44,594 nucleotides of DNA, taken from NCBI GenBank assembly GCA_026421165.1, contig JAPKCQ010000001.1, positions 1-44,594 of the forward strand, in the 5' to 3' direction. The stretch's first letter is position 1; each line of letters starts with the position of its first letter. This DNA comes from Lewinella sp. GTDB taxonomy: Bacteria; Bacteroidota; Bacteroidia; Chitinophagales; Saprospiraceae. Both the position numbers and the translations under genes were made by a program. Of this stretch, positions 1 to 7,908 are shown piece after piece. The notes beneath the pieces were generated by a model. The model ran no database searches and was not told where the DNA came from. It was given only the letters and a program-made list of their open reading frames with translations.

Positions 1-35
1 TCGGTTGGAGTAATGGGGTTTGTTTGCGGATGGAA

Positions 36-224
36 ATAGATGCTAGGAACTAGGGGACTAGAAGCTAGAAACTAGGGAGCTAAAAACTAGGAACTAGGGA
101 ACTAGTGGTCTAACTCCTAGTTTCTAGCTCCTAGTTCCTAGCTCCTAGTTCCTAGCTCCTAGTTCCTAGCTCCTAGTTCCCAGCTCCCAGCCCCTAGCTC
201 CTAGTTCCCAGCTCCTAGCTCCTA
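36..224. repeat. Palindromic array of degenerate 7-8 nt CTAG-core repeats
   Basis: CTAGGAA/CTAGAAG/CTAGAAA units (43-105) are followed by reverse-complement units CTAGTTC/CTAGCTC (117-224). The last unit contains the stop codon of the 222..1382 gene. Confidence 0.95.
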
Positions 225-1382
225 AAGCCCCGGCACCAAATACCGCATCAAATAAACCAACGCAACACTGATCAGCAGCCCAAAGGAGACCTTGGCCAGG
301 TCTCGTCCAACGTCTTTGAACGCGGCATTGAGGTTCAGCCGACCAGGTACCGTTTCCATGTAGGCAACGGAGGCGCGGCTGATCATTGCAGCGGCCATGG
401 TGGGAATAATCCAGTCGATGTCCGTAGCCTTGTCTTTCAAGTAAACTACGTAGCCGATCAGCAGTAGGATGATAAGGTTAAGTACAATACCGGCGTAGTG
501 CCACGTCTGAGCCTTTTTAACATCACTCGGTTCCTTGATTAGCTCAATGGTGTAGCGGATGGCAATCTCTCGGCCAGCCAGAAGGCCCAGGAATACCCAC
601 GTTGTGGACATTGGAACATTGCTGAATTCCTTAAAGAACAACAGAAGGATACCGTAGACAAAATCGACGATCGTAGCCGAGCGAATGTCCGTAGTATTTG
701 TCTTTTCTCTTACGATCTTCTGAATATTTCCACCTTTGCTGTAGAAAATGAAGGCGAGCATCGCTAGTAATACCGTTAGTGAAAGGGTAATTTCCATACC
801 GGTAAGCGACCGGGGAAGGTATACGTAGATGTTGGCAAAATCCTGGATCAGCCACTGTCCCCACAAGAAACCAGTGGAGCACCACTGTAGGACGGTCCAG
901 TTGCGCTTCTGGGTTTTAGTGATCTTATTATCGATAAACTGCTTATCGAGCAGTTTGGTCACCAACTGCCAAACGATGATTGCAACGCAGAAGGCTAGGG
1001 CGTAGCCGAGGATGGATTTTTCCGTCATGTCCCAAAGCCCCTTCGGTTTAAAGAAGGTCAGGACCAGGAAGCTGGTACTAACGGGTATTCCCGTTCGCGT
1101 CAGCAGCATCAGTACCAGTGGCGGCAGCAAATAGGGCCAGCTCATATTCTCTACGAAGGCGTATTTCTCTAGGCGGCCGTAACTAACGTCACCCCCGTAA
1201 GAAAACCAACCGTAGATAAGCGTAGCGGCGAGGATAGAACCCGCAAAACCCCAGAGCACGTACCAGGGCTTTTCCTCGTTGGATGACAAAAAGGTGCCGA
1301 GAGTTTGGATCGAGTCGTTTCCAACAACGGCGTAGCCGGCGAGGATAAAACCGACCCACATGATGATGAGCGTGGGGTCCAT
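222..1382 (-). CDS. Multi-pass membrane protein, distant PiT/PHO4 phosphate-transporter-like
   Basis: About 10-11 hydrophobic segments. GNDSIQT resembles the PiT GAND signature, and paired GIPVSTS / NVPMSTT resemble the PiT PVSTT motifs. Confidence 0.7.
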   Translation of the reverse strand: MDPTLIIMWVGFILAGYAVVGNDSIQTLGTFLSSNEEKPWYVLWGFAGSILAATLIYGWFSYGGDVSYGRLEKYAFVENMSWPYLLPPLVLMLLTRTGIPVSTSFLVLTFFKPKGLWDMTEKSILGYALAFCVAIIVWQLVTKLLDKQFIDNKITKTQKRNWTVLQWCSTGFLWGQWLIQDFANIYVYLPRSLTGMEITLSLTVLLAMLAFIFYSKGGNIQKIVREKTNTTDIRSATIVDFVYGILLLFFKEFSNVPMSTTWVFLGLLAGREIAIRYTIELIKEPSDVKKAQTWHYAGIVLNLIILLLIGYVVYLKDKATDIDWIIPTMAAAMISRASVAYMETVPGRLNLNAAFKDVGRDLAKVSFGLLISVALVYLMRYLVPGL

Positions 1383-1448
1383 GAAGTTACCGCGTTTAAA
1401 GTAGTTCGTTTACAGAGCGGAAAGATAGACGGGTTTGTTCGGTTGTCA

Positions 1449-1465
1449 GGTTAACTCAGGGTTAA
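1449..1465 (-). promoter_or_regulatory. TTAACC-N5-TTAACC direct repeat (11-bp period) upstream of the PiT-like gene; Pho-box-like
   Basis: GGTTAA at 1449-1454 and 1460-1465, about 21 nt upstream of a -7-like TATCTTTC (1427-1420). Confidence 0.4.
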
Positions 1466-1497
1466 GTAGTCAAATAGCTACTATTTGACTACTTGAC
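1461..1497. repeat. 17-bp stem hairpin immediately after the pfkA stop codon
   Basis: GTTAAGTAGTCAAATAG-cta-CTATTTGACTACTTGAC, with one G-U pair and no U-tract. Built from AGTCAAGT/AGTCAAAT octamer units. Confidence 0.85.
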
Positions 1498-1499
1498 TT

Positions 1500-2486
1500 C
1501 TAAATGGCGAGAATGGACGCCATCCGAATCAAGGCCTCCCGTGGTTTCTTCTGCTTGGTAATCGCTTCCTCGAACGGGCAAGTGAAAATAGCGTCGTTAA
1601 CAACGCCGACGGCAACGTTTTCTTCGCCTTCGAGCAAGAGGTTTACGGCGTGGTGGCCAAGGCGGCTGGCCAGAACCCGGTCCAGTGCGGTAGGAGCTCC
1701 GCCGCGTTGCAGGTGGCCGATGACGGTGACCTTGGGCTCCATGCTTGCCAGTTCGTCTTTAATCAGGGCAGAGATACCCGCCGCGCCGCCCAGGTGGTGA
1801 CCCTCTGCGACGATGACGACGCTGAAGAGCTTGCCGCGGGCCTTGTTCTTGCGGAGCACCGACTTGAGGTCCTCCACATCGGTCTCCGCCTCGGGGATGA
1901 GCACTGAGCTGGCGCCAGACCCGATGGCCGTGTGCAGGGCGATGTAACCGGAATGGCGGCCCATCACCTCGACAAAGAAGAGGCGGTTGTGGCTATCGGC
2001 CGTATCGCGGATCTTATCCACGGCTTCAATGGCGGTATTTACGGCGGTATCGAAACCGATTGTGTAATCGGTGCCGTAGAGGTCGTTATCGATTGTTCCG
2101 GGAACGCCGATGAACGGGATGTCGTACTCCTCGCTGAAAACCTTGGCTCCGGTAAAAGTACCGTTGCCTCCGATGGCAATACAGGCGTCGATGTCGTAGG
2201 CCCTAAGGTGTTCGGCGGCCTGAGCACGGCCTTCTGGTGTCATAAATCGCATAGACCGTGCCGTTCGTAAAACCGTACCTCCACGCTGAATGATGTTGGC
2301 GACATCGCGCCGTTCCATTCGCTTAAAGTGCCCGTCAATCATACCTTCAAAGCCACGTTCAATACCATAAACATGGAGTTTGTTCCAGGCGGCGGTCCGG
2401 ACCACGGCGCGTATGGCGGCATTCATGCCCGGAGCGTCTCCTCCGGAAGTGAATACGGCGATTCTGCGGATGTTCTCTCTTTTCAT
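1500..2486 (-). CDS. pfkA: ATP-dependent 6-phosphofructokinase
   Basis: Motifs TSGGDAPGMNAAIR, GGTVLRTAR, PGTIDND, VEVMGRHSG and GHLQRGG. Confidence 0.98.
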   Translation of the reverse strand: MKRENIRRIAVFTSGGDAPGMNAAIRAVVRTAAWNKLHVYGIERGFEGMIDGHFKRMERRDVANIIQRGGTVLRTARSMRFMTPEGRAQAAEHLRAYDIDACIAIGGNGTFTGAKVFSEEYDIPFIGVPGTIDNDLYGTDYTIGFDTAVNTAIEAVDKIRDTADSHNRLFFVEVMGRHSGYIALHTAIGSGASSVLIPEAETDVEDLKSVLRKNKARGKLFSVVIVAEGHHLGGAAGISALIKDELASMEPKVTVIGHLQRGGAPTALDRVLASRLGHHAVNLLLEGEENVAVGVVNDAIFTCPFEEAITKQKKPREALIRMASILAI

Positions 2487-2533
2487 ACTTCGTTTCTTGG
2501 GGGTGGCGGTTGGGGCGGCGCGAAGATAAGTAT

Positions 2534-2703
2534 TTTAGACGGCTACGCCTTTTAGGTCTTCGTTGGAGACACTTCGCTTTAGGCTTCCGCATGCTGGAGT
2601 AGCACCGGAGCCGTGCGGCAGCCTACCTTAAAGCGAAGCGTCTACAAGAGCCGAATGAGTCTAAAAGGTCAAGAGCCGTATGAACGCGCGCAGCGTGTCT
2701 AAA
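2534..2703. repeat. Long imperfect palindrome (~170 nt), REP/MITE-like
   Basis: Nested arms ACGGCT/AGCCGT, CCTTTTAG/CTAAAAGG, CTTCGCTTTA/TAAAGCGAAG and CCGCA/TGCGG. Outer TTTAGAC/GTCTAAA overlaps the upstream gene's stop codon. Confidence 0.75.
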
Positions 2704-3544
2704 TACTCATCCGATGAAAATCTGCCAGTGCTTCAATAGGCTTGTGCACAAAACGACCTACTCTCATGTCGCGCTCGTGCATAGCGGCAAGCAGAATAGG
2801 TTTAAAGTGAAAGGCGATAGAGCCGATAAAGCTTACCGGAACGTCGAGATGACCGCGGTATTTGCGGACGTGACGATCGAGAAACTCAGCGAAGCTAGTG
2901 AACACAATTTTCTGAATCAGCGGGTGCTCCTGGTGTTCGCCCATGAAACGGGTAAAGCTTGCGAGGTAGGTGTTGGGGATGTCGGACTCGTAGACCCTGT
3001 CCAATACTTCCGATCTATCAATTTTGGAAAACTTCTCGAAGGCGTCCGTTAGGTCGTCATCAAGTTCGCGGTAAAAATAGGAACGCAGTAGGGCTTTGCC
3101 TAGGTGGGAGCCGCTGCCCTCGTCGCCGAGCATGAAACCAAGGTTCGTTACGTTGTCCGTTACGTCGTCTCCGTCGTACGAACAGGTGTTGGACCCGGTG
3201 CCGAGGATGCAGGCGATGCCGGGATTACGGCCGCAGGCGGCGCGGGCAGCACCGAGTAAATCATGCATTACAAGGACCTTGGCTTCGGGCCAGGTTTGCT
3301 GTACGCGGTCCTGAATTATCTGTTTGCGTTTGTAGTCCCAACAGCCGGCGCCGTAGTAATGAACTTCCTTCGGCTTCAGGCCAGGCAGGAGTTTATTGGT
3401 CAGCTTGTCCATCTCTCCGTAGAACAACTCTCTGGGATGTACCACGGGGTTGTAACCTTCGGTATGTACGTAAGAAGTTTCGCCATCTTTGGCTACCCAG
3501 GCCCAGTCGGCTTTGGTGGATCCGGAGTCGGCAATCAGTAACAT
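2699..3544 (-). CDS. BadF/BadG/BcrA/BcrD-type ATPase, N-acetylglucosamine-kinase-like
   Basis: ASKHA motifs LIADSGSTKADW, DLLGAARA, ILGTGSN, LGDEGSG and FIGSIA; upstream of pfkA. Confidence 0.85.
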   Translation of the reverse strand: MLLIADSGSTKADWAWVAKDGETSYVHTEGYNPVVHPRELFYGEMDKLTNKLLPGLKPKEVHYYGAGCWDYKRKQIIQDRVQQTWPEAKVLVMHDLLGAARAACGRNPGIACILGTGSNTCSYDGDDVTDNVTNLGFMLGDEGSGSHLGKALLRSYFYRELDDDLTDAFEKFSKIDRSEVLDRVYESDIPNTYLASFTRFMGEHQEHPLIQKIVFTSFAEFLDRHVRKYRGHLDVPVSFIGSIAFHFKPILLAAMHERDMRVGRFVHKPIEALADFHRMSI

Positions 3545-3597
3545 ATTGGGTGTATTTTAGCCCTGCGAAGGTAGTGTATATTTTACACTAAGTAGGG

Positions 3598-3616
3598 GGC
3601 GCTGTCGCAGGATGCA
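3598..3616 (+). repeat. Dispersed motif copy 1 (long form)
   Basis: GGCGC TGT CGCAGG ATGCA, followed by AAG. Confidence 0.85.
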
Positions 3617-3712
3617 AAGAAAGTTTTAAGGAGTAACACGGGGCAGATGCGCGGCTTTCCTAAACGGTGAGAGCTTGTGGAAGACTAAATCCAACATTTT
3701 TATATAGAATCC

Positions 3713-3743
3713 TTGCTTTGTAAAACAAATGTGTTTAAATTTG
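3713..3743 (+). promoter_or_regulatory. Bacteroidota primary-sigma promoter
   Basis: TTG (3713-3715), 20-nt spacer, TAAATTTG (3736-3743); matches TTG-N19-21-TAnnTTTG. Confidence 0.65.
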
Positions 3744-3826
3744 TGTCGATTAGTTGTTACTTCCAACATTTATTTGATTCGCGTTATTTGATTATTTGTC
3801 CTTCCTGGTTGCAAAAACAAAGTAAA

Positions 3827-4717
3827 ATGTCCGTTACCTCAACTCCCCAGTCCACTGCCGTGGGCCGTTTCGCCGCGAAGGCTTTTGATTACGCTATACA
3901 TTATGGTGTAGAGATTTCCCTGATCGTACTGATCTTATACTTCTGTATTAGTAGGGGGCTGAGTTTCAGTATTGATATTTACGACCCGCTTCCTCCGCAG
4001 GGTGGGGCGGTGGTATCTGAGGCGTCGGTTGGTGGCGAATGGTTCTCGGGTATTGGGTCTTCGGCCACTGCTCTGTTAACTTCTTTCACAGCACCTGCTA
4101 CCGAGCCCATTTTACTTACCGACGAGAAAACAGTTGCCATTGCATCAGCGCACGATGGATTCAACGAAGTAGCTCGTACCGATGACCCCGCACCACACAT
4201 CAGTAATATGACGCTCGTTCTCAGCCCCGACTATGGCGAACGTAAGGGCCTGCCTAAGCGCATCATCAAAGCCAAAAAAGAACGCGTGCAGGTCTACCTG
4301 CGTCGCTACGCCAAAACTGCCCAGCAGGAAATGGCTGCTTCGGGAATCCTCGCTAGCATAACCTTGGCGCAGGGGCTGCTGGAGTCCAACGCAGGAGATA
4401 GTAAATTAGCGGTGAATTCCAATAATCACTTCGGGATCAAATGCCGTAGTAAATGCCTAGGTTGTACCTGCCGCAACTACGGGGACGACACCCGCTACGA
4501 CATGTTTCGGGTCTTTACCTCCGCCGCCGAATCCTTTCGTGAACACTCCAAGTTGCTCAATACAAAACGCTACGCCAAACTAAAAAGCTACGGTACTGAC
4601 TACGTTAAGTGGGCCCACGGACTAAAATCTTGCGGCTATGCGACCGACAAAAAATATGGCCATAAACTGGTGAAGATCATCGAGAACCTCGGGCTGGATC
4701 AGTATGATAGAAGCTAG
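3827..4717 (+). CDS. Membrane-anchored GH73 glucosaminidase (FlgJ-like peptidoglycan hydrolase)
   Basis: LAQGLLESNAG (catalytic Glu), NNHFGIKC and GYATD motifs plus an N-terminal TM segment. Start moved to ATG 3827, downstream of the promoter and after an A-rich leader. Confidence 0.88.
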   Translation: MSVTSTPQSTAVGRFAAKAFDYAIHYGVEISLIVLILYFCISRGLSFSIDIYDPLPPQGGAVVSEASVGGEWFSGIGSSATALLTSFTAPATEPILLTDEKTVAIASAHDGFNEVARTDDPAPHISNMTLVLSPDYGERKGLPKRIIKAKKERVQVYLRRYAKTAQQEMAASGILASITLAQGLLESNAGDSKLAVNSNNHFGIKCRSKCLGCTCRNYGDDTRYDMFRVFTSAAESFREHSKLLNTKRYAKLKSYGTDYVKWAHGLKSCGYATDKKYGHKLVKIIENLGLDQYDRS

Positions 4718-4860
4718 AAACTAGGGTTGCCGCACGGTGAAACGCAATTGTTGACTTCGCTCGTCGTAGCTCTGCCTTGGAGAATAAAGCAAATTTCTTA
4801 GGTAGTGCCGCCGCGAACGAAGTGAGCATTTCCTTGCGACAGCACTAGTTTTTAGCTTCT
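4709..4860. repeat. ~150-nt imperfect palindrome between convergent genes
   Basis: AGAAGCTAGAAACTAGGGTTGCCGCA pairs with TGCGACAGCACTAGTTTTTAGCTTCT, and inner ACTTCGCTCG pairs with CGAACGAAGT. The arms begin with CTAG heptamers at the GH73 stop codon. Confidence 0.85.
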
Positions 4861-4888
4861 GACGCCTAGTTTACCGCAGCACGAGTTC

Positions 4889-5746
4889 CTAATTTCTACC
4901 CTTAAGCCACTCAAGCACAATCTCGTTAAAGGCGAGCCGGTCCTCCAAGTTACAAAGGTGCCCCCGCCCTTCCATAACTACGAGCTCCGCCAGCGGCTGG
5001 TGCTTCTTGGTGTAGCGTTTGGCGGCATCCAGAAAAACGTGGTCCTGGCTTCCGTTGATGAGTAGGCTTGGCGTCTTCAATTCTTGGTTGTAGAATTTGC
5101 CGACTACGCTGAAGAAATCTTTGTACAGCCCGAGCCACTTCAGGAACTCACCCGGCGCGAGTTTTAGTGACTGCTTCCGGTACTGATCGCGGCTAAACTT
5201 GTGGTTCTTACGTGGCATCACGACCAGGATGAACCCGTCGTATATCCAACGGAAGGGGACGAAGTAGCTCATGAACTTACCGAAGTGGGCGAAATTGCTG
5301 ATCCGCCAGTCTGCCTTAAAGACTCCTCCACACATGATCATGCTCATCATCATTTCCGGCCGGCGAGCGTTGAGCTTTTGTAAAATGATGCTGCCTAACG
5401 ACAAGGCAATGAAGTGGGCCTTAGTTACACCAGCATGAGCAATGGCTCGCTCCAGGTCATCGGCGATGATGTCGAAATCGTAGACGCGGTAGCTAGGTTG
5501 CAGGTCTTTGCTGTAACCATGGTCGCGCATGTCGATTAAAAGCAGATTATAGAAAGGCTTAAATCCCTCGATCTGAAATTTCCAGGTAAGGGAGCTACCG
5601 CCTGCGCCGTGGATGAAAATCATCCATTCAGCGTCGGCCTTGTTCGTAAGGTGGGTGGTATAGTTAAGTAGATTTTGCAAATAAGCGCGCTTATACCGCA
5701 AATGTAACACGTGGAAGGCGATTGCTTGTGGGAAGGAGCTAATCAT
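4889..5746 (-). CDS. Alpha/beta-fold hydrolase
   Basis: FIHGAGGS, DMRDHGYS, nucleophile elbow ALSLG, GSQD and GHLCN. Start uncertain. Confidence 0.88.
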   Translation of the reverse strand: MISSFPQAIAFHVLHLRYKRAYLQNLLNYTTHLTNKADAEWMIFIHGAGGSSLTWKFQIEGFKPFYNLLLIDMRDHGYSKDLQPSYRVYDFDIIADDLERAIAHAGVTKAHFIALSLGSIILQKLNARRPEMMMSMIMCGGVFKADWRISNFAHFGKFMSYFVPFRWIYDGFILVVMPRKNHKFSRDQYRKQSLKLAPGEFLKWLGLYKDFFSVVGKFYNQELKTPSLLINGSQDHVFLDAAKRYTKKHQPLAELVVMEGRGHLCNLEDRLAFNEIVLEWLKGRN

Positions 5747-5995
5747 GTCTTCGGTAATAGAGCAAAATAGTCTCTATCCCTTAAAGTGTAAGGCTTCTGT
5801 TAACCCAATGTATCAATACTTATCACAAAAATACGCATACATTAACCCAGCATTAAATCATGAACACCAACGTATTATATCGAAGGAATCGACTTGTTCG
5901 TCTTCAGTTCCTGATGGATATTTGCTACATCCTATTAAGGAAATCTCCCACCCATCCGCAAGGAAATAGTCTTTACTGCTTCGATTTTAGACCAA

Positions 5996-6604
5996 ATGGC
6001 TTACCTCCAAACAAATCAATACCTTCAACTCGGCATCTTCCGCCTTGAGGATGTTTGTGTGCGGGTACAAGACGGAATGACGGGCTTTCTACGCACAGCA
6101 GCACTGGAGAAAAACCCTGAAATAGAAGCAACCTTTCGATGGTTACGGAAGCGAAAAATTCGCATTGCGCTCATTAGTGACTCGAACCGTGAAGACACCG
6201 AAATTTTGCTGGATCGCTTAGACTGGAGGGTAGGGGAGGATGAATTGATCCAGCTCGTTTTAACCGATCAGGAAGAAGAAAAGAATCCTGTCCGAAAAAT
6301 CCTTGACTTAGCAAATTTACCGGATGGCCACCTTGCTTTTTCCTTACTTGATACTCCACGTTTGCTGCAAGCTGCTCATTTTAGCGAGGTACATTTTAAC
6401 CTAGGCGTCATGAACGGCCGCTGTAACTACGCGGAGCTGAACGGGACACCCCATCACGCTCTACTCGACGGGGCAGTACAGCTGCCCGACTTCCTTTTGA
6501 AGAACCTGCCGGCGGTTAATCCTTTAGCCGACCAGCCAGTCCGCTCCCGAGTCCGTCTTCCCTTGCTTTGGTTGCCGCGGAGAATGGCTGGGTTTATGTG
6601 GTAG
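5996..6604 (+). CDS. Degenerate HAD-superfamily (phosphonatase/PhnX-like) protein
   Basis: C-terminal DTPRLLQAA..GVMNG..AELNGTPHHALLDGAVQLPDFL resembles phosphonatase-like HADs. The motif-I Asp appears replaced (LGIFRLED). Confidence 0.6.
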   Translation: MAYLQTNQYLQLGIFRLEDVCVRVQDGMTGFLRTAALEKNPEIEATFRWLRKRKIRIALISDSNREDTEILLDRLDWRVGEDELIQLVLTDQEEEKNPVRKILDLANLPDGHLAFSLLDTPRLLQAAHFSEVHFNLGVMNGRCNYAELNGTPHHALLDGAVQLPDFLLKNLPAVNPLADQPVRSRVRLPLLWLPRRMAGFMW

Positions 6605-6647
6605 GATAGTCGCGTAAATCTCACATCGAATCCCCCCCTTAGAGTGT

Positions 6648-6655
6648 TACCTTTG
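6648..6655 (+). promoter_or_regulatory. -7 element of the ftsY promoter
   Basis: TACCTTTG ending 30 nt before the ATG. Confidence 0.6.
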
Positions 6656-6684
6656 CTTCTCGTAAACCGCTAACACTAAAAGAC

Positions 6685-7662
6685 ATGAGCTTTTTCAAGA
6701 AATTTTTCAATAAAGAGAAGAAAGAAGACCTCGATAAAGGACTGGAAAAAACCAAAGCTGGCTTCTTTGACAAGATCAGCAGAGTGGTAGCGGGCAAAGA
6801 CACCGTCGATGAAGAGGTACTCGATGAGTTAGAGACGATCCTGATCTCCAGCGACGTAGGCCTGGATACCACCATAAAGATTATCGAACGCATCGAAGCC
6901 CGAGTAGCCGAAGATAAATACGTCAATACCAGCGAACTGCACCAAATTCTCCGTAGCGAGATTGTAGATCTGCTTTCAGCGCAGAACGACGTTGACTACG
7001 AAGGCTACGAATTACCCCTCACCGAAGGAGGTGGCCCCGCCATCATCCTGGTGGTTGGCGTAAATGGTGTGGGTAAAACCACCACCATCGGCAAAATTGC
7101 CAACCAGTACCAGAAGCAGGGTAAAAAAGTAGTTCTCGGTGCCGCGGATACCTTCCGGGCTGCAGCCGTCGATCAGCTCAAGATATGGGCTGATCGCGTA
7201 GGCTGTGATTTCTACTCAAAAGGGATGTACACCGACCCCGCCGCAGTGGCTTACGAAACTACCAAGTACGCAATCGACAATAATTGTGACGTGGCGATAA
7301 TTGACACGGCAGGCCGCTTGCATACCAAGTTCAACCTGATGAAGGAACTTTCTAAAATAAAAAGATCAATTACCAAGGCGCTTCCTTCTGCGCCCCATCA
7401 GGTCCTCTTGGTCCTGGACGCAACCACCGGCCAAAATGCCATTGAGCAAGCCAAGGCTTTTACCGAGGCAACCGACGTAACTGCACTGGCCCTTACGAAG
7501 TTAGATGGAACCGCAAAGGGCGGAGTAGCCATTGGGATCACCGATTCTTTCCGTGTTCCAATTCGTTATATCGGCGTGGGAGAGGGCATTGAGCACCTCC
7601 AGGTTTTTAACAAACGGGCCTTTGTGGACAGTTTGTTTGGCGGCGAAATGAAAATTTCTTAA
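6685..7662 (+). CDS. ftsY: Signal recognition particle receptor FtsY
   Basis: GVNGVGKTTTIGK, DTFRAAA, DTAGRLH and TKLDGTAKGG. Confidence 0.98.
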   Translation: MSFFKKFFNKEKKEDLDKGLEKTKAGFFDKISRVVAGKDTVDEEVLDELETILISSDVGLDTTIKIIERIEARVAEDKYVNTSELHQILRSEIVDLLSAQNDVDYEGYELPLTEGGGPAIILVVGVNGVGKTTTIGKIANQYQKQGKKVVLGAADTFRAAAVDQLKIWADRVGCDFYSKGMYTDPAAVAYETTKYAIDNNCDVAIIDTAGRLHTKFNLMKELSKIKRSITKALPSAPHQVLLVLDATTGQNAIEQAKAFTEATDVTALALTKLDGTAKGGVAIGITDSFRVPIRYIGVGEGIEHLQVFNKRAFVDSLFGGEMKIS

Positions 7663-7713
7663 CTTTTCTTTGGGGATTTGTGCACATTTTTTGAAAGAGT
7701 TAGTTTACTCTTC

Positions 7714-7890
7714 CGAATCGCGCAAACGAAAGAAGCCGATATCATCCGGCAAGATGAAATCGGCTCCAGTTTCTTCGTGTGATTCGTAAGCTTCAGTGAG
7801 GACCACGGCAATGGTTATTCTCGGTGAAGTAGGTTTTTTATTCTCTAATTCAGCTTCTTTGTTCAGTGAACGGGAAGGAGAAGCTGTGAC
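7714..7890 (+). promoter_or_regulatory. Structured intergenic RNA with three hairpins, two with an identical CGGCAA loop; possible attenuator
   Basis: Stems 7714-7786 and 7790-7830 have CGGCAA loops (7747-7752, 7806-7811). A T-tract follows at 7834-7842, then a third stem at 7851-7886. Confidence 0.5.
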
Positions 7891-7908
7891 ATACAAATTC
7901 ACACTATT

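Noticed and set aside
36-224. Possible CRISPR array
   Set aside because: 7-8 nt tandem units with no unique spacers and no cas genes.
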